Positions 21,297 to 31,929 of a stretch of DNA of 64,000 nucleotides are shown in pieces. The notes under the pieces are model-generated. The model worked only from the letters and a program-made list of their open reading frames with translations. It was not told the DNA's origin and searched no databases. Position 1 is the stretch's first letter; each line of letters starts with the position of its first letter. The translations under genes and the position numbers were made by a program. Origin of the DNA: Chitinophagales bacterium (GTDB lineage Bacteria; Bacteroidota; Bacteroidia; Chitinophagales; Chitinophagaceae); assembly GCA_013297995.1 (NCBI GenBank), contig JAAFJB010000006.1, forward strand, positions 3,658 to 67,657, written 5' to 3'.

Positions 21297-22643
21297 TTAA
21301 AACACTGGATGCATACCTGTATAATTAGAGGGACTGATGGCTTTAAGCTCTTTTTTAAGGGCGGGACTGATTTTGAGGCCATTAATAAATTGATGCATAG
21401 CCGCTTTATCAATCTTATGATTACCCCTCGTAAGCTCCTTCAGTGCTTCATAAGGGTTGGGGTAGTTTTCCCTTCTCAGAATGGTTTGGATGGCTTCAGC
21501 AACCACGGCCCAATTCAACTCTAAATCGGCTTTGATGGCTGGTTCATTCAATATTAGTTTAGAAAGACCATACTGAAGCGAGGCTATGGAGATGGCTATA
21601 TGCGCCATTGGAACACCTATATTTCTAAGAACGGTTGAGTCAGTAAGGTCGCGTTGTAAGCGACTAATAGGTAGTTTGGCACTTAGGTGTTCTAGCAACG
21701 CATTTGCAATGCCGAGATTCCCTTCTGCATTTTCAAAGTCAATCGGATTTACTTTATGGGGCATGGCAGAAGAGCCTACTTCGCCTTTTTTGGTTTGTTG
21801 TTTAAAATAGTCCATGCTAATATAAGTCCATATATCCCTACAAAGATCTATAAGTATATTATTGATTCTTTTGAGGGCATCAAAATGGGCAGCTAGGCTG
21901 TCATAATGCTCAATTTGGGTGGTAAACTGCATCCTTTGTAGCCCAAGGGTATCTGCAACAAAACTGTTACCGAGCGCAACCCAATTTCGTTTTGGAAAAG
22001 CAATATGATGGGCATTGAAGTTACCCGTAGCACCGCCAAATTTGGCCGCATAAGGGATATTGCTAAAACTTTCTATTTGGTTGTTGATGCGTTCTACAAA
22101 AACCATCAATTCCTTGCCAAGGCGGGTAGGAGAAGCGGCTTGACCATGTGTGCGGGCCAGCATGGGAATGTCTTTCCACTGCAAAGCCAACTGATAAATG
22201 CAGTTTGTAAGGTTAACTAAAGCAGGAAGGTATTCGTGTTCAATAGCGTGTTTCCAACTGAGGGGAATAGCGGTATTGTTGATGTCTTGTGAAGTAAGGC
22301 CAAAGTGAATCCATTCTTTTAGATGGCCAATTCCAGCTTTGTCGGCCTGTTCTTTTAAAAAATATTCAACTGCTTTTACATCATGGTTGGTAATGGCTTC
22401 CAGTTGTTTGATTTGCTTAGCATCGTCGATACTGAAATTATCGGCCATATTTTTAAGCATTGCTTTGGCTTTAACAGGCAGTTTAAAAAATCGGTTATTG
22501 GCCAAAAAGAAGAAATATTCAATCTCTACCAAAACACGGTATTTAATAAGTGCATATTCAGAAAAATATTCGTCTAGGTGTTGTACTTTCTTTCGGTAGC
22601 GCCCGTCAATAGGAGAGATGGCAGTTAATTGGTTCAGTTCCAT
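21297..22643 (-). CDS. purB: Adenylosuccinate lyase
   Basis: AISPIDGRY, HFGLTSQD, ARTHGQ, GSSAMPHKVNPIDFENAEGN. TACTTTTG promoter upstream on the minus strand (22685-22692). Confidence 0.97.
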   Translation of the reverse strand: MELNQLTAISPIDGRYRKKVQHLDEYFSEYALIKYRVLVEIEYFFFLANNRFFKLPVKAKAMLKNMADNFSIDDAKQIKQLEAITNHDVKAVEYFLKEQADKAGIGHLKEWIHFGLTSQDINNTAIPLSWKHAIEHEYLPALVNLTNCIYQLALQWKDIPMLARTHGQAASPTRLGKELMVFVERINNQIESFSNIPYAAKFGGATGNFNAHHIAFPKRNWVALGNSFVADTLGLQRMQFTTQIEHYDSLAAHFDALKRINNILIDLCRDIWTYISMDYFKQQTKKGEVGSSAMPHKVNPIDFENAEGNLGIANALLEHLSAKLPISRLQRDLTDSTVLRNIGVPMAHIAISIASLQYGLSKLILNEPAIKADLELNWAVVAEAIQTILRRENYPNPYEALKELTRGNHKIDKAAMHQFINGLKISPALKKELKAISPSNYTGMHPVF

Positions 22644-22698
22644 GATGGAATGTAAGATTATAATTAATAATTGGTTTCTTTGTGCAAAAGTAGCTCAA

Positions 22699-23451
22699 TT
22701 GAACAAGAGAATACGTGTTGGAGCCGTAAGTTATTTAAACACCATCCCATTCATTTTCGGGATAAAAAAATCGGGGTTAATAAATGGCATTGAGTTGATA
22801 GAAGACTATCCCGCTAGAATTGCCGCGCGTTTGTTAACCGATGAAATTGATATAGGATTAGTGCCTGTTGCGGTAATACCTCAACTAAAAGAGTCGAATA
22901 TTATTACCAATTACTGCATTGGTTCTGAAGGAGATGTGGCATCTGTTGCGTTATTTAGTGAGGTTCCAATAACGGAAGTGAAAAAGGTATTGCTGGACTA
23001 TCAAAGCAAAACATCGGTTCAACTTGCCCGCATTTTGTTGAAAGAATATTGGCAGTTAGATGTTGAATTTGAGCAGGCATCGTTGGATTATATCCACCAA
23101 ATAAAAGGCAGTACGGCAGGGGTAGTAATTGGAGATCGGGCATTGCGGCAGCGGCTTATTTCACCTTATATATACGACCTTGCTACTGCTTGGAAAAACC
23201 ATACAGGGCTGCCATTTGTTTTTGCAGCATGGGTGGCTAATAAACCCATTGAGGCTGATTTTTTAGCTGCATTTAACCAAGCTAATGGTTATGGCTTACA
23301 GCATTTAGATGAAGTATTGGCCAGTGCGCATTGTGAATATTACAATTTGAAAACATATTATACCCAGAATATTCAATACCAACTCACCAATGATATGCGG
23401 GCGGGATTGGCATTGTTTTTAGAGAAAATCAATCCATTCAATTTGCTATAG
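22699..23451 (+). CDS. mqnA: Chorismate dehydratase (futalosine pathway, MqnA family)
   Basis: RVGAVSYLNTIP, CIGSEGDVASV, S.TSV.L, VIGDRAL, TGLPFVFAAW. TTG 22699 taken as start. Confidence 0.85.
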   Translation: MNKRIRVGAVSYLNTIPFIFGIKKSGLINGIELIEDYPARIAARLLTDEIDIGLVPVAVIPQLKESNIITNYCIGSEGDVASVALFSEVPITEVKKVLLDYQSKTSVQLARILLKEYWQLDVEFEQASLDYIHQIKGSTAGVVIGDRALRQRLISPYIYDLATAWKNHTGLPFVFAAWVANKPIEADFLAAFNQANGYGLQHLDEVLASAHCEYYNLKTYYTQNIQYQLTNDMRAGLALFLEKINPFNLL

Positions 23452-23452
23452 T

Positions 23453-24235
23453 ATGAACCGCATCAGTGTGATTACCATTTGCTTTAACAACCTCCATGAT
23501 CTTCAAAAAACTTGCAATTCGGTTGATATGCAATCAGTACAGCCAGATGAACATTGGATTATAAACGGTTCTACTGCTTCTGAAATAGCGGATTGGCTAT
23601 TGAAAGCTCCACAGCCTGCTTATCGGAAATGGGTGAATGAGCGGGACGCTGGCATTGCGGATGCTTTTAACAAAGGAATTGGTAAAGCCCAATATGAAAT
23701 CACCCATTTATTGCACGCTGGGGACTGCTATTATTCAGTAGATTCCTTATTTTTTGTAAGGCAATATTTTGAACAATTTCCCAATACCATGTGGGTGAGT
23801 GGAAATATACAAATTAAAAGAGGAGGGGAGTCCGTTGTAGTTGGCAAAGCTTTTGAACCCGCTAAATTGTACAAAGGAATGCGGAGTGTTGCCCATCCTA
23901 CCTGGTTTGTTAAGCGCGTTGTATACAATAGAGTTGGGTTGTTTGATATAAATATTAAAATTGCAATGGATTATGATCTTATGTGCAGGATTGTACACGA
24001 ACCTTACGGATATTTAAACAACACCCTTGCCATATTTGATGATACTGGCATCAGTACAAGAAACTATCCCAGCTCTCTTAAAGAGAATATTACTATTTAT
24101 GAAAAGTACAATGGTTATTCTTTAAAATGCAGGGCTTGGCAATTTCGTTTATTACTCCTCTATAAATTGCTCAATACCAGCTTGGGAAAATGGTTGTTTA
24201 AATTAAAAATAAAGATGGGTTTAGAAAATCTATAA
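23453..24235 (+). CDS. Glycosyltransferase family 2
   Basis: ISVITICFN, ERDAGIADAFNKGI, HPTWF, IAMDYDL. Confidence 0.9.
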   Translation: MNRISVITICFNNLHDLQKTCNSVDMQSVQPDEHWIINGSTASEIADWLLKAPQPAYRKWVNERDAGIADAFNKGIGKAQYEITHLLHAGDCYYSVDSLFFVRQYFEQFPNTMWVSGNIQIKRGGESVVVGKAFEPAKLYKGMRSVAHPTWFVKRVVYNRVGLFDINIKIAMDYDLMCRIVHEPYGYLNNTLAIFDDTGISTRNYPSSLKENITIYEKYNGYSLKCRAWQFRLLLLYKLLNTSLGKWLFKLKIKMGLENL

Positions 24236-24982
24236 AGAGCATTTTATGGCAGACCTTCCAGTTTCATCCATCCGATGCAATAAAATAGTAAGTTTATGCT
24301 CGCTTATATACTCATCAACTGCCTTCCTAGACCCTTTCCAAAAGCCATAATCATCAATTATTAACACCCCTTTTTGTTGAAGCTTTGGATACAAATATTC
24401 CATTTCATGTTTAGTAGACTCGTACCAGTCCGTATCTAATCTTAATAGGGCAATATCATTTGGCATAGTTGCTGGAATGGTTTTTAATACATCTCCTTGA
24501 ATAAAATTAATATTCTCCAAGGGATACCCAGTAGTAGCAATATTTTGTTTCACTTCGGAAAGACTAGAATATGCCCAAATATTACTATCTGCTTTTTTTG
24601 TTTCATCTTTACGCAACTGCGAGGCCGCATCTCGATTAAGTTGATCCACATCCTCGCCAGTTGGGGGCGTCATTCCTGCAAAAGTATCATACAGAAAAAG
24701 CTGCCGATCACTAACACCTAAGTGAAGCAGCGTTTCAGCAATAGCCATCATACTACCACCTTTCCAAACGCCACATTCCACAAAACTTCCCTGTATATTA
24801 TTTTTTACAATATACACCACACTCTCAATTAAACCATAAAGCCGCTCAGCACTTGTCATAGTAAACGGCGCTACCTTTGTAATAATTTTTTTATGTAATA
24901 ACTCAAAATCGCTAGGTAGCTCGGAAGACTCCTCCTCTTTATTAAAAAATACTTTAAGCGCTTTAATAGGTTTAAGTTTCAT
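24230..24982 (-). CDS. TylF/MycF/NovP-family sugar O-methyltransferase
   Basis: GSFVECGVWKGGS, LYDTFAGM, LRLDTDWYEST, IIDDYGFWKG. Confidence 0.92.
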   Translation of the reverse strand: MKLKPIKALKVFFNKEEESSELPSDFELLHKKIITKVAPFTMTSAERLYGLIESVVYIVKNNIQGSFVECGVWKGGSMMAIAETLLHLGVSDRQLFLYDTFAGMTPPTGEDVDQLNRDAASQLRKDETKKADSNIWAYSSLSEVKQNIATTGYPLENINFIQGDVLKTIPATMPNDIALLRLDTDWYESTKHEMEYLYPKLQQKGVLIIDDYGFWKGSRKAVDEYISEHKLTILLHRMDETGRSAIKCSL

Positions 24983-25051
24983 TTTTACTGATTATTATTT
25001 TGAAATCTACATCAAAAAATTAATTAATAGCCATGCCATCACAATAAGGTC

Positions 25052-26209
25052 TTATAAATTATCTCGAATCCTTTGTATTACATCATCTGGCTCAATACTA
25101 CTGTAGGGAATATTTACCACAAATTCATACTTGGCTTTTACCAGTTGTTCGTTTTCAAGCTCAGCTAATATTTGGGTAGGATATACGGTAAAGAAATTTG
25201 AACTTAATTCGTTGGGATAGGGAGCAAATCGCTTGTACTGAGACCCATTAAACACCCCAAATACTTTGCATCCAACTGCTGCTGCTAAATGTACAGCCCC
25301 TGTATCAATAGATAGTAAACAAGCTGCACTAGAGAGTATACTCAGCATTTCCGGAAGCGTGGTTTTCCCCGACATATCTACCAAAGTATAGGGATAATTT
25401 TTTGCAAAAGCATGGGTATAAATGGCATCCGCTGGAGCCCCACATAACACAGGAATACATCCATATTGCTCCTGCACATATTTGCTTACTGCTATAAAAT
25501 TTTCTGTTGGCCAAATTCTGTTTACACTTCTTGAACCAGGAAATACAACAAAATATTTCTCCTTCAAATCAATTGGGTTGGGTGGAAGCAATTCTTTTTG
25601 AATACCAGTATTGCTATTTTTTGAAGCTTGCTGTGTTATAAACTCAGTAAATAGTTGATTCCTATAAAATTCAAATACTGGCTTTTTAGGTAAGGTATAC
25701 AGCATGGTATACAAGTTATTGTCATACCCTTTTTCAAAAGAACGAACACTTTCAGTGTTAGATTTCATCCCAAAAGTGTACAGCGCTTTTGTAGCCATAA
25801 CAATGGCATCATCATTTCTTTTGTCGCGCGAGAAAATAGGGTTGACAACTGCCTCATAACCATTGCTATTAATTGTTCGCAGTAGCTTATATCTATACCA
25901 AAGATTTTTTTTAAAGGTTTTTTTATCTACCCAAAATGATTGCGAAATATGATTATTATCTAGCAGAAGAAATATACTTTTCCAGCTACTATTCCCTATA
26001 AAATGAATTTCATAGTTTTTATTTCTATAAAATAAAACAAGCTCAACTAAAAATTTTCTCCACAATATATAATCGCCAATCTCATCTACTCTTACAATTA
26101 ATACTTTTTTTGTTGTTTTTTGCTTCCTTGCCAAACTAGCTAATATCAATACAAAATCATACAGCTTACCCTTTAGTAGATCAGTTATATCAGACCAATA
26201 TTTAACCAT
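25052..26209 (-). CDS. Glycosyltransferase family 9 (heptosyltransferase-like)
   Basis: RVDEIGDY, FPGSR...WP, GKTTL, SIDTGAVHLAAA. Confidence 0.88.
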   Translation of the reverse strand: MVKYWSDITDLLKGKLYDFVLILASLARKQKTTKKVLIVRVDEIGDYILWRKFLVELVLFYRNKNYEIHFIGNSSWKSIFLLLDNNHISQSFWVDKKTFKKNLWYRYKLLRTINSNGYEAVVNPIFSRDKRNDDAIVMATKALYTFGMKSNTESVRSFEKGYDNNLYTMLYTLPKKPVFEFYRNQLFTEFITQQASKNSNTGIQKELLPPNPIDLKEKYFVVFPGSRSVNRIWPTENFIAVSKYVQEQYGCIPVLCGAPADAIYTHAFAKNYPYTLVDMSGKTTLPEMLSILSSAACLLSIDTGAVHLAAAVGCKVFGVFNGSQYKRFAPYPNELSSNFFTVYPTQILAELENEQLVKAKYEFVVNIPYSSIEPDDVIQRIRDNL

Positions 26210-26224
26210 GTGATAGTAACTACT

Positions 26225-26818
26225 TTATTGTTTGGTAATTTTTAATACCAGTATTACGTTGTAATCTATTTCGCAATCGCTTTCATATAGAATCTGGTAT
26301 GAAATATTGCCAATCTTATTAAGCTGATCAATCATATACGCTCTGCCCATATTAGCATGAATATGATAAGGATTTAAAACAATACCTGCTTTTTTACAAA
26401 TAAATTCATATTTCACCTGGTCTGGAAATACCAATATAAGGTTGCCGTTATTTTTTAAAATCCGTATAAATTTTCTAAGAGCATCCTGAGTATCAATAAA
26501 ATCTTCAATAAGGTGACTCGTATATACATAATCAAATGTTTGGTCAGCCACTGGTATTTCTTCTTTTATTACATCGCATCCAATATCTACTTGATCCTTT
26601 CCTGTGGTAGTATATGGCTGAGGTAAATCTATTCCTACACAATTTATTTTGGAAATCTTATCTCCGCCAAAACCTATATCACATCCGCTTCCAACACAAT
26701 ATTGAATGAGCGTTGATCTCACTTTGGCGGTCTCTGATTTTGAAGTAAACTTCATGCCAAAATACCTTGCCAGTGTGCCTTTTATTTTTCGTTCTAATAC
26801 GATGCCTATTCGCAACAT
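26225..26818 (-). CDS. Class I SAM-dependent methyltransferase
   Basis: DIGFGG motif I, FDYVYTSHLIEDF, LKNNGNLILVFPD. Confidence 0.8.
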   Translation of the reverse strand: MLRIGIVLERKIKGTLARYFGMKFTSKSETAKVRSTLIQYCVGSGCDIGFGGDKISKINCVGIDLPQPYTTTGKDQVDIGCDVIKEEIPVADQTFDYVYTSHLIEDFIDTQDALRKFIRILKNNGNLILVFPDQVKYEFICKKAGIVLNPYHIHANMGRAYMIDQLNKIGNISYQILYESDCEIDYNVILVLKITKQ

Positions 26819-27013
26819 TTTATCTCTTTTATAAGTATTTCTAGCTGATATTACATTTTATAATCCCAGCTATTTCTCCCATATCATGTAAAGGTATAGT
26901 ATGTTTAAAAAAATCAAGCGCAATTGCTGTTTTTTTGCTTAAAACCTAGTGCTGGTTACAATTTGTTGCCTAAAACACAGCCATTCTCTAGTTTTGCCTT
27001 ATTTTTATTGTAT

Positions 27014-27727
27014 ATGGTGCCTAAAAATTTCAACCCCAGTTTCACTCATCCGCTTTATTTTATCCGCAAGGGGCTTCTTCGTAAAATTGGGTTATATGCA
27101 CCTCAGTTGAAGGGGCGTTTACTTGATTTTGGATGTGGCGAAAAACCTTATCAATCGCTTTTTAATAATGCTACTGAATATATTGGGCTCGATTATGATG
27201 GTGAAGGTCACGATCATGCCAATGAGGGTGTGGATATTTATTACGATGGGCTTACCATACCTTTTTCTGATGAGCATTTTGACTCTGTTTTCAGCAGTGA
27301 AGTATTTGAACATTTATTTAGGCTTCCTACATTATTAGGGGAGATTAACCGAGTAATGAAAGTAGGAGGCCAACTATTCATTACTTGTCCCTTTAGTTGG
27401 GAGGAGCATGAAATACCCGTTGACTATGCAAGATATACGCGTTTTGCGCTGACTGATTTACTTCAAAAAAACGGATTTGAAATTTTAGTGATTGACAAAA
27501 ACGGTCACTTTATAAGTGCCTTACACCAACTATTTGTTGTGTATATAGTAGATCATTGGATGCATAAAATTCCAGTTCTATCAAAGTGGAACTTTTTCAA
27601 GAAATGTATTCGTCATATTGTGGTACCCATGCTGAATATTGGGTTTTACTTGGTTGAACCCTTTTGGCCTAAATCAGATAGATTTTATTTAAATACTATT
27701 ATACTTGCAAAAAAGAAATCCGCTTGA
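27014..27727 (+). CDS. Class I SAM-dependent methyltransferase (type 11)
   Basis: LLDFGCGEKPY, FDSVFSSEVFEH, CPFSWEEHEIPVDYARYT. Likely start ATG 27014 after TAGTTTTG (26989-26996). Confidence 0.85.
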   Translation: MVPKNFNPSFTHPLYFIRKGLLRKIGLYAPQLKGRLLDFGCGEKPYQSLFNNATEYIGLDYDGEGHDHANEGVDIYYDGLTIPFSDEHFDSVFSSEVFEHLFRLPTLLGEINRVMKVGGQLFITCPFSWEEHEIPVDYARYTRFALTDLLQKNGFEILVIDKNGHFISALHQLFVVYIVDHWMHKIPVLSKWNFFKKCIRHIVVPMLNIGFYLVEPFWPKSDRFYLNTIILAKKKSA

Positions 27728-27730
27728 TTT

Positions 27731-28714
27731 ATGAGAAAAGTTATGTACACCGTTTGTTCTGCCAATCATTTGGGATATTGCAAAACAATGGTTGACTCAT
27801 TTGCTGCCCATCATTCAGACTATTCAATTTTTATTATTTTAATTGATAAAATTGAAGCTCGCTTTAATAAAGCTGATTTTAAGGCATATCATTTATTAGA
27901 AGTTGAATCCTTAAGTATTCCTGGGTTTACTCAAATGGCTGCCCAATATTCAGTTCTAGAATTAAACTGTGCCATGAAACCCTTTGTAGCTCAGTACTTG
28001 TTAAATCAAGAGCAACCAGATCTGTTAATTTACCTTGACTCAGACACTTGGGTTTTTAGTTCATTTTCTACTATTGAAAATGAAATGCAGATAGCTGATG
28101 CTGATATTCTTATTACACCCCATTTTACCACCCCATACCCAGATGAGAACTTACTTCCCAGAGAAAGAGATATTTTAAGTTCTGGCATTTACAATGCAGG
28201 TTTTTTTGCACTAAAAAATTCAGAGAATACCCGTCGCTTTTTAGTTTGGTGGGCAGCACATATGAACCATGAATGCTATTATAATTTTTCTGAAGGAATG
28301 GGGGTAGACCAGATTTGGCTGAACTTGGTTCCTTTACTTTTTAAAAAAGTAACTATTTTTAAAAATCCAGGAGCCAATATGGCTTACTGGAATTTTCATG
28401 AACGAAATTTATCGCATCAAAATGGAGAAATATTGGTAAACAACAATTTCCCCTTGCTGTTTTTACATATAAGTGGATATGCATTGAATGACCCCGATTC
28501 AATATCGCGACACCAAAATAGATTCAGTAATTTAGAACTCCCCTTACTTACTGAACTCTTAGCAAAGTATAGAAACTTGTTGCTGAAAAACAAACAGGAA
28601 TATTATGCCGACTTTAGTTGCGCCTATGCCATCAAAAAGAAAAAAAGTAAAGGCATCATGCGCAGCATAAATCAACTCATTAAACCGTTGGGAATTAAGG
28701 TTGTTGACCGTTAG
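27731..28714 (+). CDS. Glycosyltransferase (GT8-like GT-A fold)
   Basis: ELNCAMKP, IYLDSD (DxD), YNAGF, DQIWLNLVP, FLHISG. Confidence 0.75.
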   Translation: MRKVMYTVCSANHLGYCKTMVDSFAAHHSDYSIFIILIDKIEARFNKADFKAYHLLEVESLSIPGFTQMAAQYSVLELNCAMKPFVAQYLLNQEQPDLLIYLDSDTWVFSSFSTIENEMQIADADILITPHFTTPYPDENLLPRERDILSSGIYNAGFFALKNSENTRRFLVWWAAHMNHECYYNFSEGMGVDQIWLNLVPLLFKKVTIFKNPGANMAYWNFHERNLSHQNGEILVNNNFPLLFLHISGYALNDPDSISRHQNRFSNLELPLLTELLAKYRNLLLKNKQEYYADFSCAYAIKKKKSKGIMRSINQLIKPLGIKVVDR

Positions 28715-29393
28715 GAGGGCTTGTTTTTCCTGTTCTTGCAGGCTTTTTCTTTTTGGTATGTTTCTGCTCAAATTCAGCTACTATTTTGGGCTTAATTTTT
28801 ACTGGAACAGCTACGGAATTATTCGTATCTGCCCTTGTTTTATTTTCTGGCGTTGCCAGTGGATCGGTTGGTGCTTTCAATTGCCCCATAATATATTCCT
28901 CCATATTAATTAATACAGAAGTTTCTGGTACATAATACTTCCAAAATCCATGTTTGATAGATGTTCCATCTGTTTTTACTATGATGCGATCGTATTTATT
29001 GGGGTCTCTAAGATCTTGTACATCTAAGGTATCATAAGCTTTGTCAGGATTTACAGCACGCCAACTTTCTTCATGTTCCAAACCCGCATAAGTAAAATAC
29101 ATACACCTGCCATTCTTATTGCCCCATTTAAAATTCTCCTGTGCCAATAAATCGCCCATTGGGTTATACCTGCGCCAGAGCCCATCCTTCCTATTATTCA
29201 GAAAAACACCTTCTTCTTCATAACCAGGCTCTCCCCTTAATTTAGGAACTGTAACAATCCATTTTCCTTGTTTCATGCCGGCCATATCGGTACAATTCAA
29301 CGTATCATTATTAGATCCAATTCTATAGGTTTTGCACTGACTTTGTACAAATAAGCAAAAAAAAGTGAACAATGGTAACAATAGAAATTTCAT
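28695..29393 (-). CDS. Exported MORN-variant/YwqK-like repeat protein
   Basis: Signal peptide from MKFLLLP (29393); KQGKW, RKDGLW, KNGRC, KHGFW repeats. Confidence 0.7.
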   Translation of the reverse strand: MKFLLLPLFTFFCLFVQSQCKTYRIGSNNDTLNCTDMAGMKQGKWIVTVPKLRGEPGYEEEGVFLNNRKDGLWRRYNPMGDLLAQENFKWGNKNGRCMYFTYAGLEHEESWRAVNPDKAYDTLDVQDLRDPNKYDRIIVKTDGTSIKHGFWKYYVPETSVLINMEEYIMGQLKAPTDPLATPENKTRADTNNSVAVPVKIKPKIVAEFEQKHTKKKKPARTGKTSPPNGQQP

Positions 29394-29430
29394 AATACTT
29401 ACATTCGATTTGCCAAAATACTTAAATGAC

Positions 29431-31929
29431 ATGAGAAAACTACTGATATTTATACTTATTTCTTTCACCGCCACTGCTACAGCACAAGTGAAACCCACGC
29501 CAGCAAAGGAAAGACTAAAACTAATTGAGCAACGAAAACTGCTTAATCAGCCTTCTAAAATAACCGAAACCGCTTTCCGAAATATTGGCCCTAGTGTTAT
29601 GAGTGGGCGTGTTGTTGATTTGGAAGTAAATCCCAGTGATGCCACAGAATTTTATATTGCTTATGCAACTGGCGGCCTTTGGCATACGCTGAACAATGGC
29701 ATAAGTTTTCAGCCTGTATTTGATTCTGCGGATATAATTACCATCGGTGATATTGCCGTTAATTGGAGTAATAGAGATATCTGGGTAGGTACTGGCGAAG
29801 TCAACAGCAGCCGCTCTAGTTATGCAGGTATGGGCATTTACAAGTATTCTAATACAAATAAAACTTGGAACTGGATGGGACTTCCAGAGAGCCACCATAT
29901 TGGTAAACTGCAATTGCATCCCACAGATCCTAATACAGTTTGGGTGGCGGTATTAGGACATTTATATTCTGCAAATAAAGATCGTGGCGTTTATAAAACC
30001 ACCGATGGAGGTATAACCTGGAAACAAGTGCTTTATATTGATGAAAATACGGGCAGTGTAGATATTGATATTAATCCCATCAATCCCAATGAATTGTATA
30101 CTGCTTTGTGGTATAGAACCAGAAGGGCTAATAATTTTGAAGAGTGTGGAAAAACCAGTGGTATTTATAAAAGTACCGATGGGGGTAATAATTGGAACCT
30201 GATTTCTACGCCTACAAGTGGATTTCCTACAGGCGATGGCGTAGGACGCATCGGATTGGCTGTTTTTCCTAAAAATCCTACTATTTTGTATGCAGTTGTT
30301 GATAATAACAATAAAACCATATCCACCAATTCAGCAGTTTCAACAGATTCAAGCAAATACCTACTAACAGATTTTAAATCACTTTCTAAAGAGCAGTTCG
30401 CTGCTTTAGATGATAAAAAACTAAGTGATTTTATTAAATCACCCAGAACCCTGCTTCCTGCTAAATATTCTGTAAATAGTTTAAAAGAGTTGGTAGCTAA
30501 TGACCAGCTTGCGCCCACTACCATTTATGATTTTTTATTTGATGCCAACACCGCACTTTTTGATACGCCCATTATTGGCTGCGAATTATATAGATCCGAT
30601 GACGCTGGCAAAACTTGGCGCAAAACAAATGAAAAGCCTATCAGCATTTACAGTACTTATGGATATTATTTTGGAATGGCTTTTGTAAGCCCTGCCAACG
30701 AAAATAAAATTATTTTAACAGGGGTAGATCTTATGATGAGTGAGGATGGAGGTAAAAATTTCAAAAGCATCAGTAGCCCTATTGTTCATTCAGATCACCA
30801 TTTTGTTTGGATGGACGCTCAAAAAGAAGGTCATTTTATTAACGGCAATGATGGTGGGGTAAACATGACTTACGACGATGGCAAAAATTGGGCAAAACTT
30901 AATACTCCTTCTGTTGGTCAGTTTTATTCTGTTGCTATTGATATGGCTCGCCCATATAATGTTTATGGGGGACTGCAAGACAATGGCACTTGGTTCGGCC
31001 CCTCTAATCATATTGAATCTACTCGTTGGCTTGCTTCGGGTGATTACCCTTTTAAAACTATAGGCGGTGGAGATGGAATGCAGGTTCAAGTTGATTGGAG
31101 AGACAATAAAACGGTTTACAGTGGATTTCAATTTGGGAATTATACCCGTCAAGTTATTGGCGCCACTGGTTCATCGCGTGAACGGTACAAATCAGTTCAA
31201 CCCATTCGCGAATTAGGGCAATCAGCTTTACGCTTTAATTGGCAGTCGCCCATCTTAATCAGTCGCCATAACCAAGATATATTTTATTTTGGTAGTAATA
31301 AACTTCACCGTTCTTTTAACAAAGGAGATAGTTTGGTGGCAATGGGGGGCGACTTAACTACCAATCCCATTCAAGGAGATATTCCTTTTGGTACCCTCAC
31401 TACCATTAGTGAAAGTCCCTTGCGTTTTGGACTGATTTATACGGGCTCCGATGATGGTAATATTCAAGTAACAAAAGATGGAGGATATAGCTGGAATTTA
31501 ATTAATAGGAAATTGCCAAAAGGACTTTATATAAGCAGAGTTGTTGCAAGTGCTTTTAAAGAAAGTAGGGTGTATGCAACTTTGAATGGATATAGGAATG
31601 ATTATTTTGCGGCACTAATTTATAAAAGTGAGGACTATGGTGCAACTTGGATACAAATTAATACAGACCTTCCCATGGAGCCTGTGAACGTAATTAGAGA
31701 AGATCCTGCCAATGAAAATATTTTGTATATCGGCACTGATGGTGGTTTATACGTAAGTATAGACGGGGGAAATACCAGTTTGAAGTGGAGCAAAGGATTG
31801 CCCTATAGTTTACCCATTCATGATATTGCCATACAAGCTCGTGAGAATGAAATTGTATTAGGTACACATGGTAGAAGTATTTATATAGCTGGATTATCGG
31901 GCATTCAAAAAGAAGCCCAAAAGAAATAA
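29431..31929 (+). CDS. BNR/Asp-box (VPS10/sortilin-like) beta-propeller protein
   Basis: FRNIGPSVMSGRV; repeated (S/T)xDGGxxW Asp boxes; likely start MRKLLIF at 29431. Confidence 0.85.
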   Translation: MRKLLIFILISFTATATAQVKPTPAKERLKLIEQRKLLNQPSKITETAFRNIGPSVMSGRVVDLEVNPSDATEFYIAYATGGLWHTLNNGISFQPVFDSADIITIGDIAVNWSNRDIWVGTGEVNSSRSSYAGMGIYKYSNTNKTWNWMGLPESHHIGKLQLHPTDPNTVWVAVLGHLYSANKDRGVYKTTDGGITWKQVLYIDENTGSVDIDINPINPNELYTALWYRTRRANNFEECGKTSGIYKSTDGGNNWNLISTPTSGFPTGDGVGRIGLAVFPKNPTILYAVVDNNNKTISTNSAVSTDSSKYLLTDFKSLSKEQFAALDDKKLSDFIKSPRTLLPAKYSVNSLKELVANDQLAPTTIYDFLFDANTALFDTPIIGCELYRSDDAGKTWRKTNEKPISIYSTYGYYFGMAFVSPANENKIILTGVDLMMSEDGGKNFKSISSPIVHSDHHFVWMDAQKEGHFINGNDGGVNMTYDDGKNWAKLNTPSVGQFYSVAIDMARPYNVYGGLQDNGTWFGPSNHIESTRWLASGDYPFKTIGGGDGMQVQVDWRDNKTVYSGFQFGNYTRQVIGATGSSRERYKSVQPIRELGQSALRFNWQSPILISRHNQDIFYFGSNKLHRSFNKGDSLVAMGGDLTTNPIQGDIPFGTLTTISESPLRFGLIYTGSDDGNIQVTKDGGYSWNLINRKLPKGLYISRVVASAFKESRVYATLNGYRNDYFAALIYKSEDYGATWIQINTDLPMEPVNVIREDPANENILYIGTDGGLYVSIDGGNTSLKWSKGLPYSLPIHDIAIQARENEIVLGTHGRSIYIAGLSGIQKEAQKK

